A stretch of 24,082 nt of DNA. Origin: a virus (taxonomy: Duplodnaviria; Caudoviricetes). Both the position numbers and the translations under genes were made by a program. The DNA lies in the IMG/VR virus record IMGVR_UViG_3300025108_000384, positions 1 to 24,082 of that record, one strand, 5' to 3'. Shown in pieces: positions 8,125 to 17,212 of the stretch (the first letter of the stretch is position 1; each line of letters opens with the position of its first letter). The notes under the pieces are model-generated. The model saw only the letters and a program-made list of their open reading frames with translations, was not told the origin of the DNA and did no database searches.

Positions 8125-8151
8125 ATATTATATATTTGAGAGAGAAAAGAA

Positions 8152-8910
8152 ATGACAACGATTACACCACCGACTAACTGTCCTTGTTGTGACTCCATAC
8201 TGGAGTTAGTAAACGAGCAGTTGTTTTGCAGAAACACAAAGTGTCCTGCGCAGTGGACTAAAAAGTTAGAGTCCTTTTCATCTTCTCTTAAAATAAAAGG
8301 GCTTGGGCCTTCGACTATCTCTAAGTTAGGTGTCGAATCTCTGCCCGAGCTTTATGAACTTACTGTATCAGATATACAGAATAGAATACATAGTGAAAAA
8401 TTAGCTGAGAAACTCTTTGATGAATTAGAAAAGTCAAAGAGTAGCAAGTTGGTAGACATTCTACCTGCTTTCTCAATACCACTTATTGGTCGGTCGGCTT
8501 CTCAAAAATTATGCGATACAATATCACACATCGAAGATATTAGCGAGAACAGTTGTACTGAGGCAGGTATCGGACCAAAAGCATCAGCTAACTTGGTAAA
8601 TTTCATGGAAACTGAGTTCTATCCTAATAGATACAAAGACACATTACCCTTCAATTGGAATAATAAAATTAATAAAAAGAAAGAGGTCACAGGTGTTGTA
8701 TGTATAAGTGGTAAGTTAAAAAGTTATCCTACAAAAGCCCATGCTACTAAAGTATTAGAACAGTATGGATTCGTAGTAAAATCAAGTCTGACAAAAGAAT
8801 GCACTCATCTTATAAATGAGTCGGGCATTGAGTCAGCAAAAACACAGACAGCTCGTGACCGAGGTGTTATAATAATAAGTAATATTAAACATTTAATTGG
8901 AGAAAATTAA
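8152..8910 (+). CDS. ligB: NAD-dependent DNA ligase subunit B (Zn finger, HhH, BRCT)
   Basis: PTNCPCC...LFCRNTKCPAQ Zn finger; HhH motifs IKGLGPST, IPLIGRSAS and AGIGPKAS; BRCT VCISGKL...SSLTKECTHLI...SAKTQTARDRGV. Confidence 0.92.
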   Translation: MTTITPPTNCPCCDSILELVNEQLFCRNTKCPAQWTKKLESFSSSLKIKGLGPSTISKLGVESLPELYELTVSDIQNRIHSEKLAEKLFDELEKSKSSKLVDILPAFSIPLIGRSASQKLCDTISHIEDISENSCTEAGIGPKASANLVNFMETEFYPNRYKDTLPFNWNNKINKKKEVTGVVCISGKLKSYPTKAHATKVLEQYGFVVKSSLTKECTHLINESGIESAKTQTARDRGVIIISNIKHLIGEN

Positions 8911-8912
8911 AA

Positions 8913-9629
8913 ATGGCATTACCAAAATGGACAGACGAAAGAACTTCAGAATTAACTTCTTTCGTGGGCAGTGAGTCCCCTATCTCACAAACTACTGTTG
9001 CTTCAGCAGCAGAGCAGTTAGAAACTTCTGTAAGAAGTGTATCTAGCAAATTAAGAAAAATGGGTTATGATGTAGAACTAGCTTCTGCTTCAGCTTCTAA
9101 GTCTTTTTCAGACGAACAAGAAGCAACTCTTAGCACTTTTGTGCAAGATAACTCAGGTTCTTATACATATGCAGAAATTGCATCAAACTTTGAAGACGGA
9201 AGCTTTTCAGCTAAGTCAATTCAAGGAAAAATCCTTTCTATGCAGTTAACAGAACATGTTAAACCTGCACCTAAAGTTGAGACTGTAAAGTCATACAACG
9301 AACAGGAAGAAGGACAGTTCGTATCATTAGTTAATGATGGTGCGTTCATTGAAGATATTGCAGAAGCTATGGGCAGAAGCGTAAATTCAATCAGAGGAAA
9401 AGCTTTATCACTACTAAGAGCTGGTGAAATCAATGCTATTCCTAAGCAGAAAGAAACTAAAGGTTCTAGCAAAGCTGACCCTTTAGCAGGTGTCGACATT
9501 GACGGCATGACTGTTGAAGAAATTGCTGATGAAATCGGCAAAACAGTAAGAGGCGTGAAAACAATGCTTACTAGAAGAGGTCTACAGTGCTCAGACTATA
9601 ACGGAGCTGCTAAAAAAGAAATAGGCTAA
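8913..9629 (+). CDS. D5: T5 D5-like DNA-binding transcription regulator (tandem HTH)
   Basis: GGAG SD; repeated HTH segments; C-terminal KTVRGVKTMLTRRGLQCSDY as in T5 D5; position directly after ligB. Confidence 0.85.
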   Translation: MALPKWTDERTSELTSFVGSESPISQTTVASAAEQLETSVRSVSSKLRKMGYDVELASASASKSFSDEQEATLSTFVQDNSGSYTYAEIASNFEDGSFSAKSIQGKILSMQLTEHVKPAPKVETVKSYNEQEEGQFVSLVNDGAFIEDIAEAMGRSVNSIRGKALSLLRAGEINAIPKQKETKGSSKADPLAGVDIDGMTVEEIADEIGKTVRGVKTMLTRRGLQCSDYNGAAKKEIG

Positions 9630-9643
9630 TACCTATTCATCGC

Positions 9644-9679
9644 GGGCGAGCTTTCCTTCGGGATTGCCTCGCCTTTTTT
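9644..9679 (+). terminator. Rho-independent terminator after D5
   Basis: GGCGAG...TCC-TTCG-GGA...CTCGCC stem with a C(UUCG)G tetraloop, followed by TTTTTT. Confidence 0.85.
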
Positions 9680-9709
9680 ATAATTTAATAATTGTCTTGG
9701 GAGATTCAA

Positions 9710-11071
9710 TTGACATTAGAAAGTGCATTACTTAAGCAAATACTTGCAAACGGTGATTTTCAGGCATGGAATGGTCTGAAAGAACACTACTTTCCAGAAG
9801 GTGAGTACCGAAAACTGTGGAAGATAGTAGATAAACACGTACACAAGTACCATGACTTACCAACATTTGAAGATTTAAAACTGGAGATTCGTTCAAGAGA
9901 ACTCCAAGAAAAAATCTATGCCATCGAAACGGTGGAAACAGATGTTGATGCTATTCTTTTGCTAGATTATTTAAAAAATCAATTTACACAAAGTGAGATT
10001 CTTACTAGAATTGAATCTTTTGTAGATAATCAAATAGCTATCGGCGATGCTCGTGAGAACATTGACTTGTTACAAGAGATTGTAGTACAAGTAGAAGATA
10101 GAGTAGAAACTACTAGCGATAACGAAAGTATGGACACTATAGAGCTATTTGATAGTGAGGAAGACTATGCAAAATATCTTCCTCTGGGTCTTAATTCAGA
10201 GTATGATTTTGACTATAAATTCTCTCCCAAAGACTTAGTCGTTGTTGGCGGAAGTCGTGGTGGAGGTAAATCATTCACTTGTTGTAACGTTGCACAGTCA
10301 GCTACCGAAAAAGGTAAGTCGGCTTTATATTTTACAATCGAGATGGAACCAAGACAAATTCTTCAAAGGATTTGTGCTATGGCATGTAATGTTCCTATCA
10401 AACGAATCAACACTAAAAACCTATCTCCTATGGAGTGGTCTAAGATTGCTGATTGGTGGGCAGGAAGATTTGAGAAAGGAGAAGAAGCTCGTAAGGAGTA
10501 CAACGATCATCAAGATTTTGACAAGTTTCATTATCAGTTGACTCGTAACCCTTTGCGTGAAGATATCCCTCAAGTCGATATTTATTATGACCCAAGTCTT
10601 ACATTAGCTAAAATTATTAGTGTAGTAAGACAAAAGGTTGCCGCTACTCCAGACCTTGGAGTAGTTATAGTTGATTACCTAAACCAAGTCAGACGCCACA
10701 ACGCCCCGAGTCGAGGTGGTCAGTACGAATGGACTGAGCAGATAGAGATATCAAAAGGGTTAAAATCTTTAGCCCAGGAGAACAATGTCCTTGTTCTCTC
10801 AGCATTTCAAACAAACGAAAAAGGAGAAGCAAGATTCGCCAAGGGTATTCTTGACGCAGTTGATGCTGCTTACAGTATTCAGCACTGGGGTGATACAGAA
10901 CCAGCGATTAAGTTGAAATGTGATAAGATGAGAAACGGAAAAGTAGAAGGTTTTGTATCTACAATGAACTGGGATAGTTTGAGAATCGGCCCTCAAAATG
11001 AGATAGACCCAGATGAAAGAGCCGAAATGAAAGAGGCAATGTCAACAGGAGAAAGCTCCTATGATTTATAA
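9710..11071 (+). CDS. D6: Replicative DnaB-like (SF4) DNA helicase, T5 D6-like
   Basis: Walker A GGSRGGGKS, YFTIEM, Walker B VIVDYLN, KMRNG arginine finger. TTG start at 9710 preferred because of the GGGAGA SD. Confidence 0.9.
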   Translation: MTLESALLKQILANGDFQAWNGLKEHYFPEGEYRKLWKIVDKHVHKYHDLPTFEDLKLEIRSRELQEKIYAIETVETDVDAILLLDYLKNQFTQSEILTRIESFVDNQIAIGDARENIDLLQEIVVQVEDRVETTSDNESMDTIELFDSEEDYAKYLPLGLNSEYDFDYKFSPKDLVVVGGSRGGGKSFTCCNVAQSATEKGKSALYFTIEMEPRQILQRICAMACNVPIKRINTKNLSPMEWSKIADWWAGRFEKGEEARKEYNDHQDFDKFHYQLTRNPLREDIPQVDIYYDPSLTLAKIISVVRQKVAATPDLGVVIVDYLNQVRRHNAPSRGGQYEWTEQIEISKGLKSLAQENNVLVLSAFQTNEKGEARFAKGILDAVDAAYSIQHWGDTEPAIKLKCDKMRNGKVEGFVSTMNWDSLRIGPQNEIDPDERAEMKEAMSTGESSYDL

Positions 11072-11729
11072 TCCTCTGCAGCAAAGAATATGTATTGGAA
11101 AGATATCAACTAAAGACTTATTTAAGAGTATAAATTTTATAGACTTACATAATGTGAAGGGTTGGTGGGAGCGACAGCAGAATAGATTAGACATAAGACT
11201 GTACGCTTTTGTGAAAGATGTATTACAGGATGATTTTGTTAATCCAGTTATAGTATGGTATAGTGATGAAAAGAAAGAGTACGCTATACACCCAGGACTT
11301 AATAGATTAATGTTAAACAAAGTATTAAACTTTGATATGACAGCTTGGGTAATTAGTTATGATATAAAAAACTATAAAAGATTGGGACAAGTATTTCCAG
11401 GAATTACAAAATTGAAACTAGACCCCAGCGGGAATAGAGATATATCTTTAACTGCACAACATAGAACAGACAACAGATTATACGAGATAGTATTTAACGA
11501 GGATAGAATACTACCAAGATTAAGAAATGCAAACAATAGTGAAGAATGGAAAAATATATCCTCTAAAACAGGTTTTCATATATGGCACAAGAATGAGTAC
11601 ATTGGTGCCGTAGGAAATGCACAGGATCACTGGAATGTGAAAGATGTAGCAGGAGTATATGAACTAACACTAAAATATTATTTTAACAGGAAAACAAACA
11701 ATGCTTTTATATACAGAAAGACAACTTAA
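11061..11729 (+). CDS. Hypothetical protein with possible ParB/Srx-like N-terminal domain
   Basis: FVNPVIVW...YAIHPGLNRL resembles the ParB-N P-I-V...G-x-x-R motif; AGGAG upstream. Confidence 0.5.
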   Translation: MIYNPLQQRICIGKISTKDLFKSINFIDLHNVKGWWERQQNRLDIRLYAFVKDVLQDDFVNPVIVWYSDEKKEYAIHPGLNRLMLNKVLNFDMTAWVISYDIKNYKRLGQVFPGITKLKLDPSGNRDISLTAQHRTDNRLYEIVFNEDRILPRLRNANNSEEWKNISSKTGFHIWHKNEYIGAVGNAQDHWNVKDVAGVYELTLKYYFNRKTNNAFIYRKTT

Positions 11730-11874
11730 ACTAGCATACGAAAAGTATATACAAAATTTAATAACAACTAACAGACAAGGTATACAAATACCTTTGCCAG
11801 GATTAGAAGAGTTTAGAGAGATATTTGAAGCGGAATGGACTCAAAGATACAAGGAGATGGACAGTGGCTTATGA
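11701..11874 (+). CDS. Small hypothetical protein (57 aa, MLLYTERQLKLAYEKY...; not in ORF track)
   Basis: AGGA SD; fills the gap exactly and overlaps both neighbours. Confidence 0.7.
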   Translation: MLLYTERQLKLAYEKYIQNLITTNRQGIQIPLPGLEEFREIFEAEWTQRYKEMDSGL

Positions 11875-12349
11875 TAGAATAAGTAGAGAAACTGCAGAAT
11901 TAGTAAAACTACCTCCTAATACTTGGTATATTAGAACAGTTGGCTGGTTATTAGAACAAGAGAAAGTTAAAGAATGTATAGGAAATGTTCCTATAAATGA
12001 AAGGTTACTGGAAAGTTTGGCAAAAGACGGAGTAAAATCTCCCATACTCTGTATGCCAAACTGGTACCCCATAGCAGGAAGTCAGAGGATGAGATGTCTT
12101 CAAGAACTTCCTGCTTTGCATGGGCAAGAAATACGGGTATGTAGATTTGATGAGGAATGGTGGTTAATGTTTCACCTATGGGGAGATGAACAAGAACGAA
12201 TGAGAATAATAGCAATATGGTTCCAGATGGCAGAATTAGTATGGAAGTCAAGATACTATGAAGAAAATGGTGTAGACTCTATGGGAACAGATTATAAAGT
12301 ATTTGAAAAGATAGGAGATGAGCTAGATGGGTGGAAACATAAAGAATAA
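11864..12349 (+). CDS. ParB/Sulfiredoxin-like domain protein
   Basis: ERLLESLAKDGVKSPILC...IAGSQRMRCL matches the ParB-N consensus. GTG start at 11864 with an AAGGAG SD. Confidence 0.6.
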   Translation: MAYDRISRETAELVKLPPNTWYIRTVGWLLEQEKVKECIGNVPINERLLESLAKDGVKSPILCMPNWYPIAGSQRMRCLQELPALHGQEIRVCRFDEEWWLMFHLWGDEQERMRIIAIWFQMAELVWKSRYYEENGVDSMGTDYKVFEKIGDELDGWKHKE

Positions 12350-12920
12350 GAAAGAAAACTATTTAACACCAGGCTCTCAAATGGAGTGGGGTGGTATGAG
12401 ATTTAATCCTCCATATCAATGGGATGTCAGTCCTAATCGTGAATGGTTGGGATTGATGCAAATGATGTGCAGTATGGAGTTGCCAAAAAATGCTGCGATG
12501 ATAGAGATAGGAACATATGCTGGTGAGTCGACATCAATGTTTGCATCTAGTGGTATGTTTAAACAGATACACACAATAGACCCTTACGACTTTCCACAAG
12601 GATGGCAAGTACTAATGGAAGCTAAAGTAAACTGTAGGTACTGGGATTACATAAAGTTTTGGAGACATTATTCATATGATTGTCATAATTGTTTTAAGAA
12701 TGGAGTTTTTGATTTCGTATATATTGATGGCGACCATACAGGAGAGTCAGTAGAAAGAGACATAGACTTATTCTTACCGAAAGTAAAACCAGGTGGGTAT
12801 ATTGGTGGGCATGATTACAATCCAGAGTGCTGGCCTGAAGTTGTAAATGCAGTAAATAAAAAGTTCAAAGGAAAAATGATTCAAACATTTGATGATAAAT
12901 CGTGGGTAACAAGAAAATAG
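12327..12920 (+). CDS. Class I SAM-dependent methyltransferase (Methyltransf_24-like)
   Basis: IEIGTYAGEST, HTIDPY, FDFVYIDGDHT, LPKVKPGGYIGGHDY. Confidence 0.9.
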   Translation: MGGNIKNKKENYLTPGSQMEWGGMRFNPPYQWDVSPNREWLGLMQMMCSMELPKNAAMIEIGTYAGESTSMFASSGMFKQIHTIDPYDFPQGWQVLMEAKVNCRYWDYIKFWRHYSYDCHNCFKNGVFDFVYIDGDHTGESVERDIDLFLPKVKPGGYIGGHDYNPECWPEVVNAVNKKFKGKMIQTFDDKSWVTRK

Positions 12921-12952
12921 TTCTTGACAACAATACAAAATTTTGATATAAT
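12914..12952 (+). promoter_or_regulatory. Strong sigma70-type phage promoter P4 (primase-polymerase)
   Basis: AAAATAGTTC, TTGACA (12924-12929), 17 bp spacer, TATAAT (12947-12952). Confidence 0.9.
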
Positions 12953-12962
12953 ATACATAATT

Positions 12963-13802
12963 ATGATAGCAGAAGACTTATTAAGAGAGAAAAAGATACA
13001 GTATACCGTTAGCGGTAGGGATGCTCTCATCAAATGTTTAAACCCAGAACATGAGGATAACTCTCCTTCAATGAGAGTAGATAAAGTCACAGGAATATTT
13101 CACTGTTTCTCATGTGGTTACAAAGGTAATCTGTTTACATTTTACGGTGCACCCTCTTCTCCACTAGAAGTTCGTATGCACAGAATTAAAGAATCAATCA
13201 ACAAAGTCAGGTCAGCAACTGTCGGAATCCAACTCCCAAAGGATAGACTGTCTTGGAAAGGTGGTGGAATCAGAAATATATCTGAGGAGACTCTCGCAAT
13301 ATGGGATGCGTTCACATGGAACGTGCCTAAGTTCGAGAATCGTATCATCTTTCCAATACGCGATATTACAGGTAAGACCGTGGCTTTAATAGGTAGAAGT
13401 CTGGACGACTTCAGCACTCAAAAGTATTATAACTACCCGCAAGGTGTAGAGATGCCGTTCTGTCCAGCAAAAGTAAAACCTATTCAAAATAGAGTTATAT
13501 TGGTAGAGGGCATCTTTGATGCTCTTAACCTTTGGGACAAAGGTCTCAAGAATACAGTATGTTGCTTCGGTACACAACAAGTAAACTGGGTCAAACTAAG
13601 TCTGTTAAAACTTCAAGGAATACAAGGAGTAGACATTATGTTTGACGGGGACGAAGCAGGTGTACTAGCAGGTGAGAAAGCAAAAGACTTAGCAGAAAAA
13701 CTAGAGCTAAGTGCAAGAGTAGTAAAATTACGAGATAATATAGACCCTGGCAATCTAACAAAGCCAGAGATAGAAAGATTAAAGGAAAAATTATATGGCT
13801 AA
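12963..13802 (+). CDS. DNA primase (CHC2 Zn finger + TOPRIM)
   Basis: CLNPEHEDNSPS...FHCFSCG, RIIFPI, ILVEGIFD, MFDGDEAG, DPG. Start re-assigned to ATG 12963 because the track's TTG lies in the -35 box. Confidence 0.93.
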   Translation: MIAEDLLREKKIQYTVSGRDALIKCLNPEHEDNSPSMRVDKVTGIFHCFSCGYKGNLFTFYGAPSSPLEVRMHRIKESINKVRSATVGIQLPKDRLSWKGGGIRNISEETLAIWDAFTWNVPKFENRIIFPIRDITGKTVALIGRSLDDFSTQKYYNYPQGVEMPFCPAKVKPIQNRVILVEGIFDALNLWDKGLKNTVCCFGTQQVNWVKLSLLKLQGIQGVDIMFDGDEAGVLAGEKAKDLAEKLELSARVVKLRDNIDPGNLTKPEIERLKEKLYG

Positions 13803-16053
13803 AGTAGCAATTATAGAAACAACAATGTCCAGCACGAACTGGAACAAGTACTTTGAGTTTGAACTCGACAGGTTTGCCCTGTGTTCAGATTCTAGTAAAA
13901 AGAAAATTTTGAAAAGAGATGTTGATATCGAAATCGATATTGATGCGTATGATTGGCTCATAGTTGTGGGTTCTGAGCCTTTCAAAATGTTTACAAAAAA
14001 GACATCAATAACTGAGTACAATGGAAAAGTTGTTGATTCTAAGTTTTTGGCAATAATCAATCCCGCAATGATAAAGTTCAGACCAGAAGCAAAGAAGTCG
14101 TTCGAGGAAGCCGTCGAGAGCATAACGGGATATGTTAGCGGAGAACTTAAACAACTTACAATACCGAAAGACAGATGTTACGGTATACAAGAGACAGAAG
14201 AATTAAATGCGTGGCTGCAGAAAGCATTAGACCACGAAGGGGATTTCATAGCCCTTGACTCTGAGACATCAGCGTTGTACTGCCGTGATGGCTACATGCT
14301 TGGTTTCTCTATGTCCTATGAAAAAGAGCATGGTATTTATGCAGATTGTGACTGTATGGATGAAGAATCTGAACGACTCATGCAAGAAATATTTACTAAA
14401 AAACGAGTTGTATTTCATAACGCTAAGTTTGATTTACAATGGTTTGAGTATCATTTCAACTTTGAGTTTCCACATTTTGAAGATACTATGCTCATGCATT
14501 ATATGTTTGATGAAAGACCTGGAACACATGGTCTTAAAACACTAGCAATTAAACACACTCCATACGGAGACTACGAAGCTGAGCTTTCCAACTGGATAGC
14601 AGACTTCAAGAAAAGAACAGGTATACTCAAAGATTCATTTGATTATAGTATGGTTCCTTTTGATGTCATGCGTAACTATGCTGCAATGGATGCCATAGTT
14701 ACATTTCTATTGTTTGAAAAGTTTGAGAAAGCATTAAAGACTAATGACAAACTATACGGAGTATATAAACATATTCTAGTAGAAGGTTGTAGATTCTTGA
14801 AGTGTATAGAAAGTAACGGAGTTCCTTTTGATGCTGTGCGTTTAGAGTTTGGTGCTAAAAGAATGGGCGAGGATATAGATAAAGCAGTAAAAGCTCTGAA
14901 TGAGTTTCCTGAAGTAAAACAATTTATTCAAGATAATCAAGGATTCAATCCGAATAGTACACTACAACTTAGAACGTTACTATTTGATTATTGTGGACTC
15001 AAGTCGGATAAAAAAACTGCAACGGGTGCGCTGTCAACTGATGCCGAGGTACTTGGCAACTTATCAGAGGAACATGATGTACCAAAACATATTCTAGAAG
15101 TCAGACAGAAAGTTAAAATCAAAACTACATATCTTGATAAAATTATACCAAACCTCGATAGAGATGGTAGACTTCGTACAGGTTTCAATCTTCACGGTAC
15201 AACCAGTGGTAGATTGAGTAGTAGTGGTAAACTAAATATGCAACAGCTTCCAAGAGACAACCCAACAGTAAAAGGTTGTATCAAAGCAAAAGCTGGAAAC
15301 AAAATAGTTGCAATGGACTTAACAACAGCAGAGGTATACTGTGCGGCTGTACTTGCAGATGACAAAGGACTTATGAATGTATTTAAGTCTGGTGGTAATT
15401 TTCATAGTACGATTGCAAAACAAGTATTCAGACTGCCAGGGGATGTTGATGACATAGCAGCAAACTTTGGTGCCCAAAGACAACAAGCAAAAGCTGTTAC
15501 CTTTGGCATCATGTACGGAGCAGGACCAAAAAAGATTAGTGAACAAGTAACAAAAGATAGTGGAGAGTATTTCAGTATGCAAGACGCAGCGAATACTATC
15601 AAAGACTATTTTGAGGCTTTCCCTAAACTTCGTGAGTGGTTAGACTATCAGAAAAAATTTATTCAAGCGAATGGATTTGTATACAGTAGGTTTGGCAGAA
15701 AGAGAAGATTACCTGATGTGTTTTCACAAGACAAGGGAATCGCCTCACACGAAGTGCGTAGTGGAATTAATTTCTTAGTACAATCAGTTGCATCTGATAT
15801 CAACCTTATGGGCGGTATAGATATGCAAAGATACATAGAAAAGACAGGCATGAAGTCTAAAATATTTGCACTTGTTCACGATTCCGTACTAGCAGAAGTA
15901 CCTGAGGATGAGATAGAACATTACTCAGAAAAGCTTCAAGAGTTTATACAAAAAGATAGAGGACTATCAATCCCAGGAGCTCCAGTTGGATGTGACTTTG
16001 ATGTTGCAGATGACTATTCATTAGGAAAGTTTGAAAAGTTATATGGAAATTAA
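13795..16053 (+). CDS. Family A DNA polymerase with 3'-5' exonuclease (T5-type)
   Basis: ExoI ALDSET, ExoII FHNAKFD, ExoIII YAAMD; TTSGRLSSS; motif A MDLTTAEV; motif B RQQAKAVTFGIMYG; motif C LVHDS. Confidence 0.97.
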   Translation: MAKVAIIETTMSSTNWNKYFEFELDRFALCSDSSKKKILKRDVDIEIDIDAYDWLIVVGSEPFKMFTKKTSITEYNGKVVDSKFLAIINPAMIKFRPEAKKSFEEAVESITGYVSGELKQLTIPKDRCYGIQETEELNAWLQKALDHEGDFIALDSETSALYCRDGYMLGFSMSYEKEHGIYADCDCMDEESERLMQEIFTKKRVVFHNAKFDLQWFEYHFNFEFPHFEDTMLMHYMFDERPGTHGLKTLAIKHTPYGDYEAELSNWIADFKKRTGILKDSFDYSMVPFDVMRNYAAMDAIVTFLLFEKFEKALKTNDKLYGVYKHILVEGCRFLKCIESNGVPFDAVRLEFGAKRMGEDIDKAVKALNEFPEVKQFIQDNQGFNPNSTLQLRTLLFDYCGLKSDKKTATGALSTDAEVLGNLSEEHDVPKHILEVRQKVKIKTTYLDKIIPNLDRDGRLRTGFNLHGTTSGRLSSSGKLNMQQLPRDNPTVKGCIKAKAGNKIVAMDLTTAEVYCAAVLADDKGLMNVFKSGGNFHSTIAKQVFRLPGDVDDIAANFGAQRQQAKAVTFGIMYGAGPKKISEQVTKDSGEYFSMQDAANTIKDYFEAFPKLREWLDYQKKFIQANGFVYSRFGRKRRLPDVFSQDKGIASHEVRSGINFLVQSVASDINLMGGIDMQRYIEKTGMKSKIFALVHDSVLAEVPEDEIEHYSEKLQEFIQKDRGLSIPGAPVGCDFDVADDYSLGKFEKLYGN

Positions 16054-16519
16054 TTTTGAACCAGATTGGGATTATATGTTGGAAAAAGCTGCTAATTTTT
16101 ATAGTAGAAATCCTTATGTAAATTACAATACAGGGTACACTTATGCAGACTATTCTGATAAAAGTATAGAAACATTTTTAGGCACAGGAGAGACAATATT
16201 CGGTTCACTTGGTAAAGATGGCAAAAAAACTGAAATTTGGAAAGGTACTGCGATGGGATTAAAAAAAGCAATAGTCACTAGATTTGAATGGAGATGGGAG
16301 CATACAGGGCCGAAGTATTTCCCTAGAGGAGCTAACACTTGTATAGAATGGAACTTAACCAATAAGAAAGGATATATAGTAGACCTTACAAAGAATAATA
16401 AAGTGTCAGTAGTACAACCTGAAGAAATATGGTTTTGTATGTATGGCGAAGAAAAGTATGAAAATGTTATAGATTTTTGGGCAAGAACGTGGAATTTACC
16501 AAGGACTCTAGATGACTAA
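16043..16519 (+). CDS. Hypothetical protein
   Basis: About 158-aa ORF overlapping the pol stop and the next start; ATG 16043 preferred; no recognisable motif. Confidence 0.65.
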   Translation: MEINFEPDWDYMLEKAANFYSRNPYVNYNTGYTYADYSDKSIETFLGTGETIFGSLGKDGKKTEIWKGTAMGLKKAIVTRFEWRWEHTGPKYFPRGANTCIEWNLTNKKGYIVDLTKNNKVSVVQPEEIWFCMYGEEKYENVIDFWARTWNLPRTLDD

Positions 16520-16976
16520 ATATCCAGTGTATGTAGTACATGCAGAACCAGAGGAAGTAGATAATATATTATGGCTTGAAGATCAAGTCATAGATGATAG
16601 AAATATGTTAGGAGAGAGTCTTGGAATAAGAAGACTACAGACTCCAATGAAAAGTATTTATCCATTGAAGTACCAATGTGATGATGAAGTAGCAATGTTA
16701 AAACACAGAGGAAAACACTTTGTAGATTCTAATGGATGTTATTTTTACAATGAAAAGCTTGATACAGCACCTTTAAAGTATCACAAAATTAAAAAAGTTA
16801 TTAAAAAAGATGTGGCGGCAGTAGTATGGATAAAGGATATTCCTTTCCCTTTTGCTATTGCTAGACCACCAAGAGTAGAACAAACATGGGCAGGTATTCT
16901 ATACAAGAGTGGAATACCTTATGCTATATGGGAGTTTACTGAAGAAAGGAAAAAAGATACATGGCGCAAGATTTAG
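16512..16976 (+). CDS. Conserved T5-like hypothetical protein (between pol and D10)
   Basis: AAGGA SD; YPVYV...IDDRN..G.SLGIRRL...FVDSNG pattern; syntenic position. Confidence 0.7.
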   Translation: MTKYPVYVVHAEPEEVDNILWLEDQVIDDRNMLGESLGIRRLQTPMKSIYPLKYQCDDEVAMLKHRGKHFVDSNGCYFYNEKLDTAPLKYHKIKKVIKKDVAAVVWIKDIPFPFAIARPPRVEQTWAGILYKSGIPYAIWEFTEERKKDTWRKI

Positions 16977-17212
16977 ACAAAATGGTAAAAGCACTGGAAG
17001 AAGGAGTAGTACTAGTACAGTATGAAGACCTGAGAACAGGAGAAACAAAAGAAAGAGAAATGACTTTAGTACCTGAGAATACTAGAGGTATGGATGCTCG
17101 TGCATTAAATGATGGAGATAAACTAGGTGGTAGAATACTTATGTTTGACGTTGAATTTTGTAAGTGGGCAGATATAAGAGAAGATACAATTATAAACTGG
17201 AAGAAATACTAA
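16961..17212 (+). CDS. Small SH3/Sm-like (WYL-like) hypothetical protein
   Basis: LEEGVVLVQY...GETKEREMTL...MFDVEFCKWADIR resembles phage WYL_2/DUF2693-type proteins; AAGGA SD. Confidence 0.55.
   Translation: MAQDLDKMVKALEEGVVLVQYEDLRTGETKEREMTLVPENTRGMDARALNDGDKLGGRILMFDVEFCKWADIREDTIINWKKY

Noticed and set aside
4635-8151. Intron or intein interrupting the ligase gene
   Set aside because: T5-like ligases are naturally split at this point. ligB has its own promoter and start, and the interval holds several independent enzyme genes with no visible group I/II or intein features.
9710-9738. TTGACA as a sixth promoter
   Set aside because: No -10 box at 16-18 bp spacing. The TTG is better explained as the helicase start codon after a GGGAGA SD.
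12327-12920. DNA methyltransferase of a restriction-modification system
   Set aside because: It lacks DPPY/NPPY in a catalytic context after the SAM motif and lacks PCQ. The IDGDH/GGHDY pattern fits small-molecule or sugar O-methyltransferases. The FNPPY near the N-terminus is noted but lies outside the Rossmann core.
5501-14545. Alternative-frame + strand ORFs 5501-5731, 10242-10541 and 14255-14545
   Set aside because: Each is nested out of frame inside a conserved gene (T5orf172-like, helicase, polymerase) and lacks motif support.
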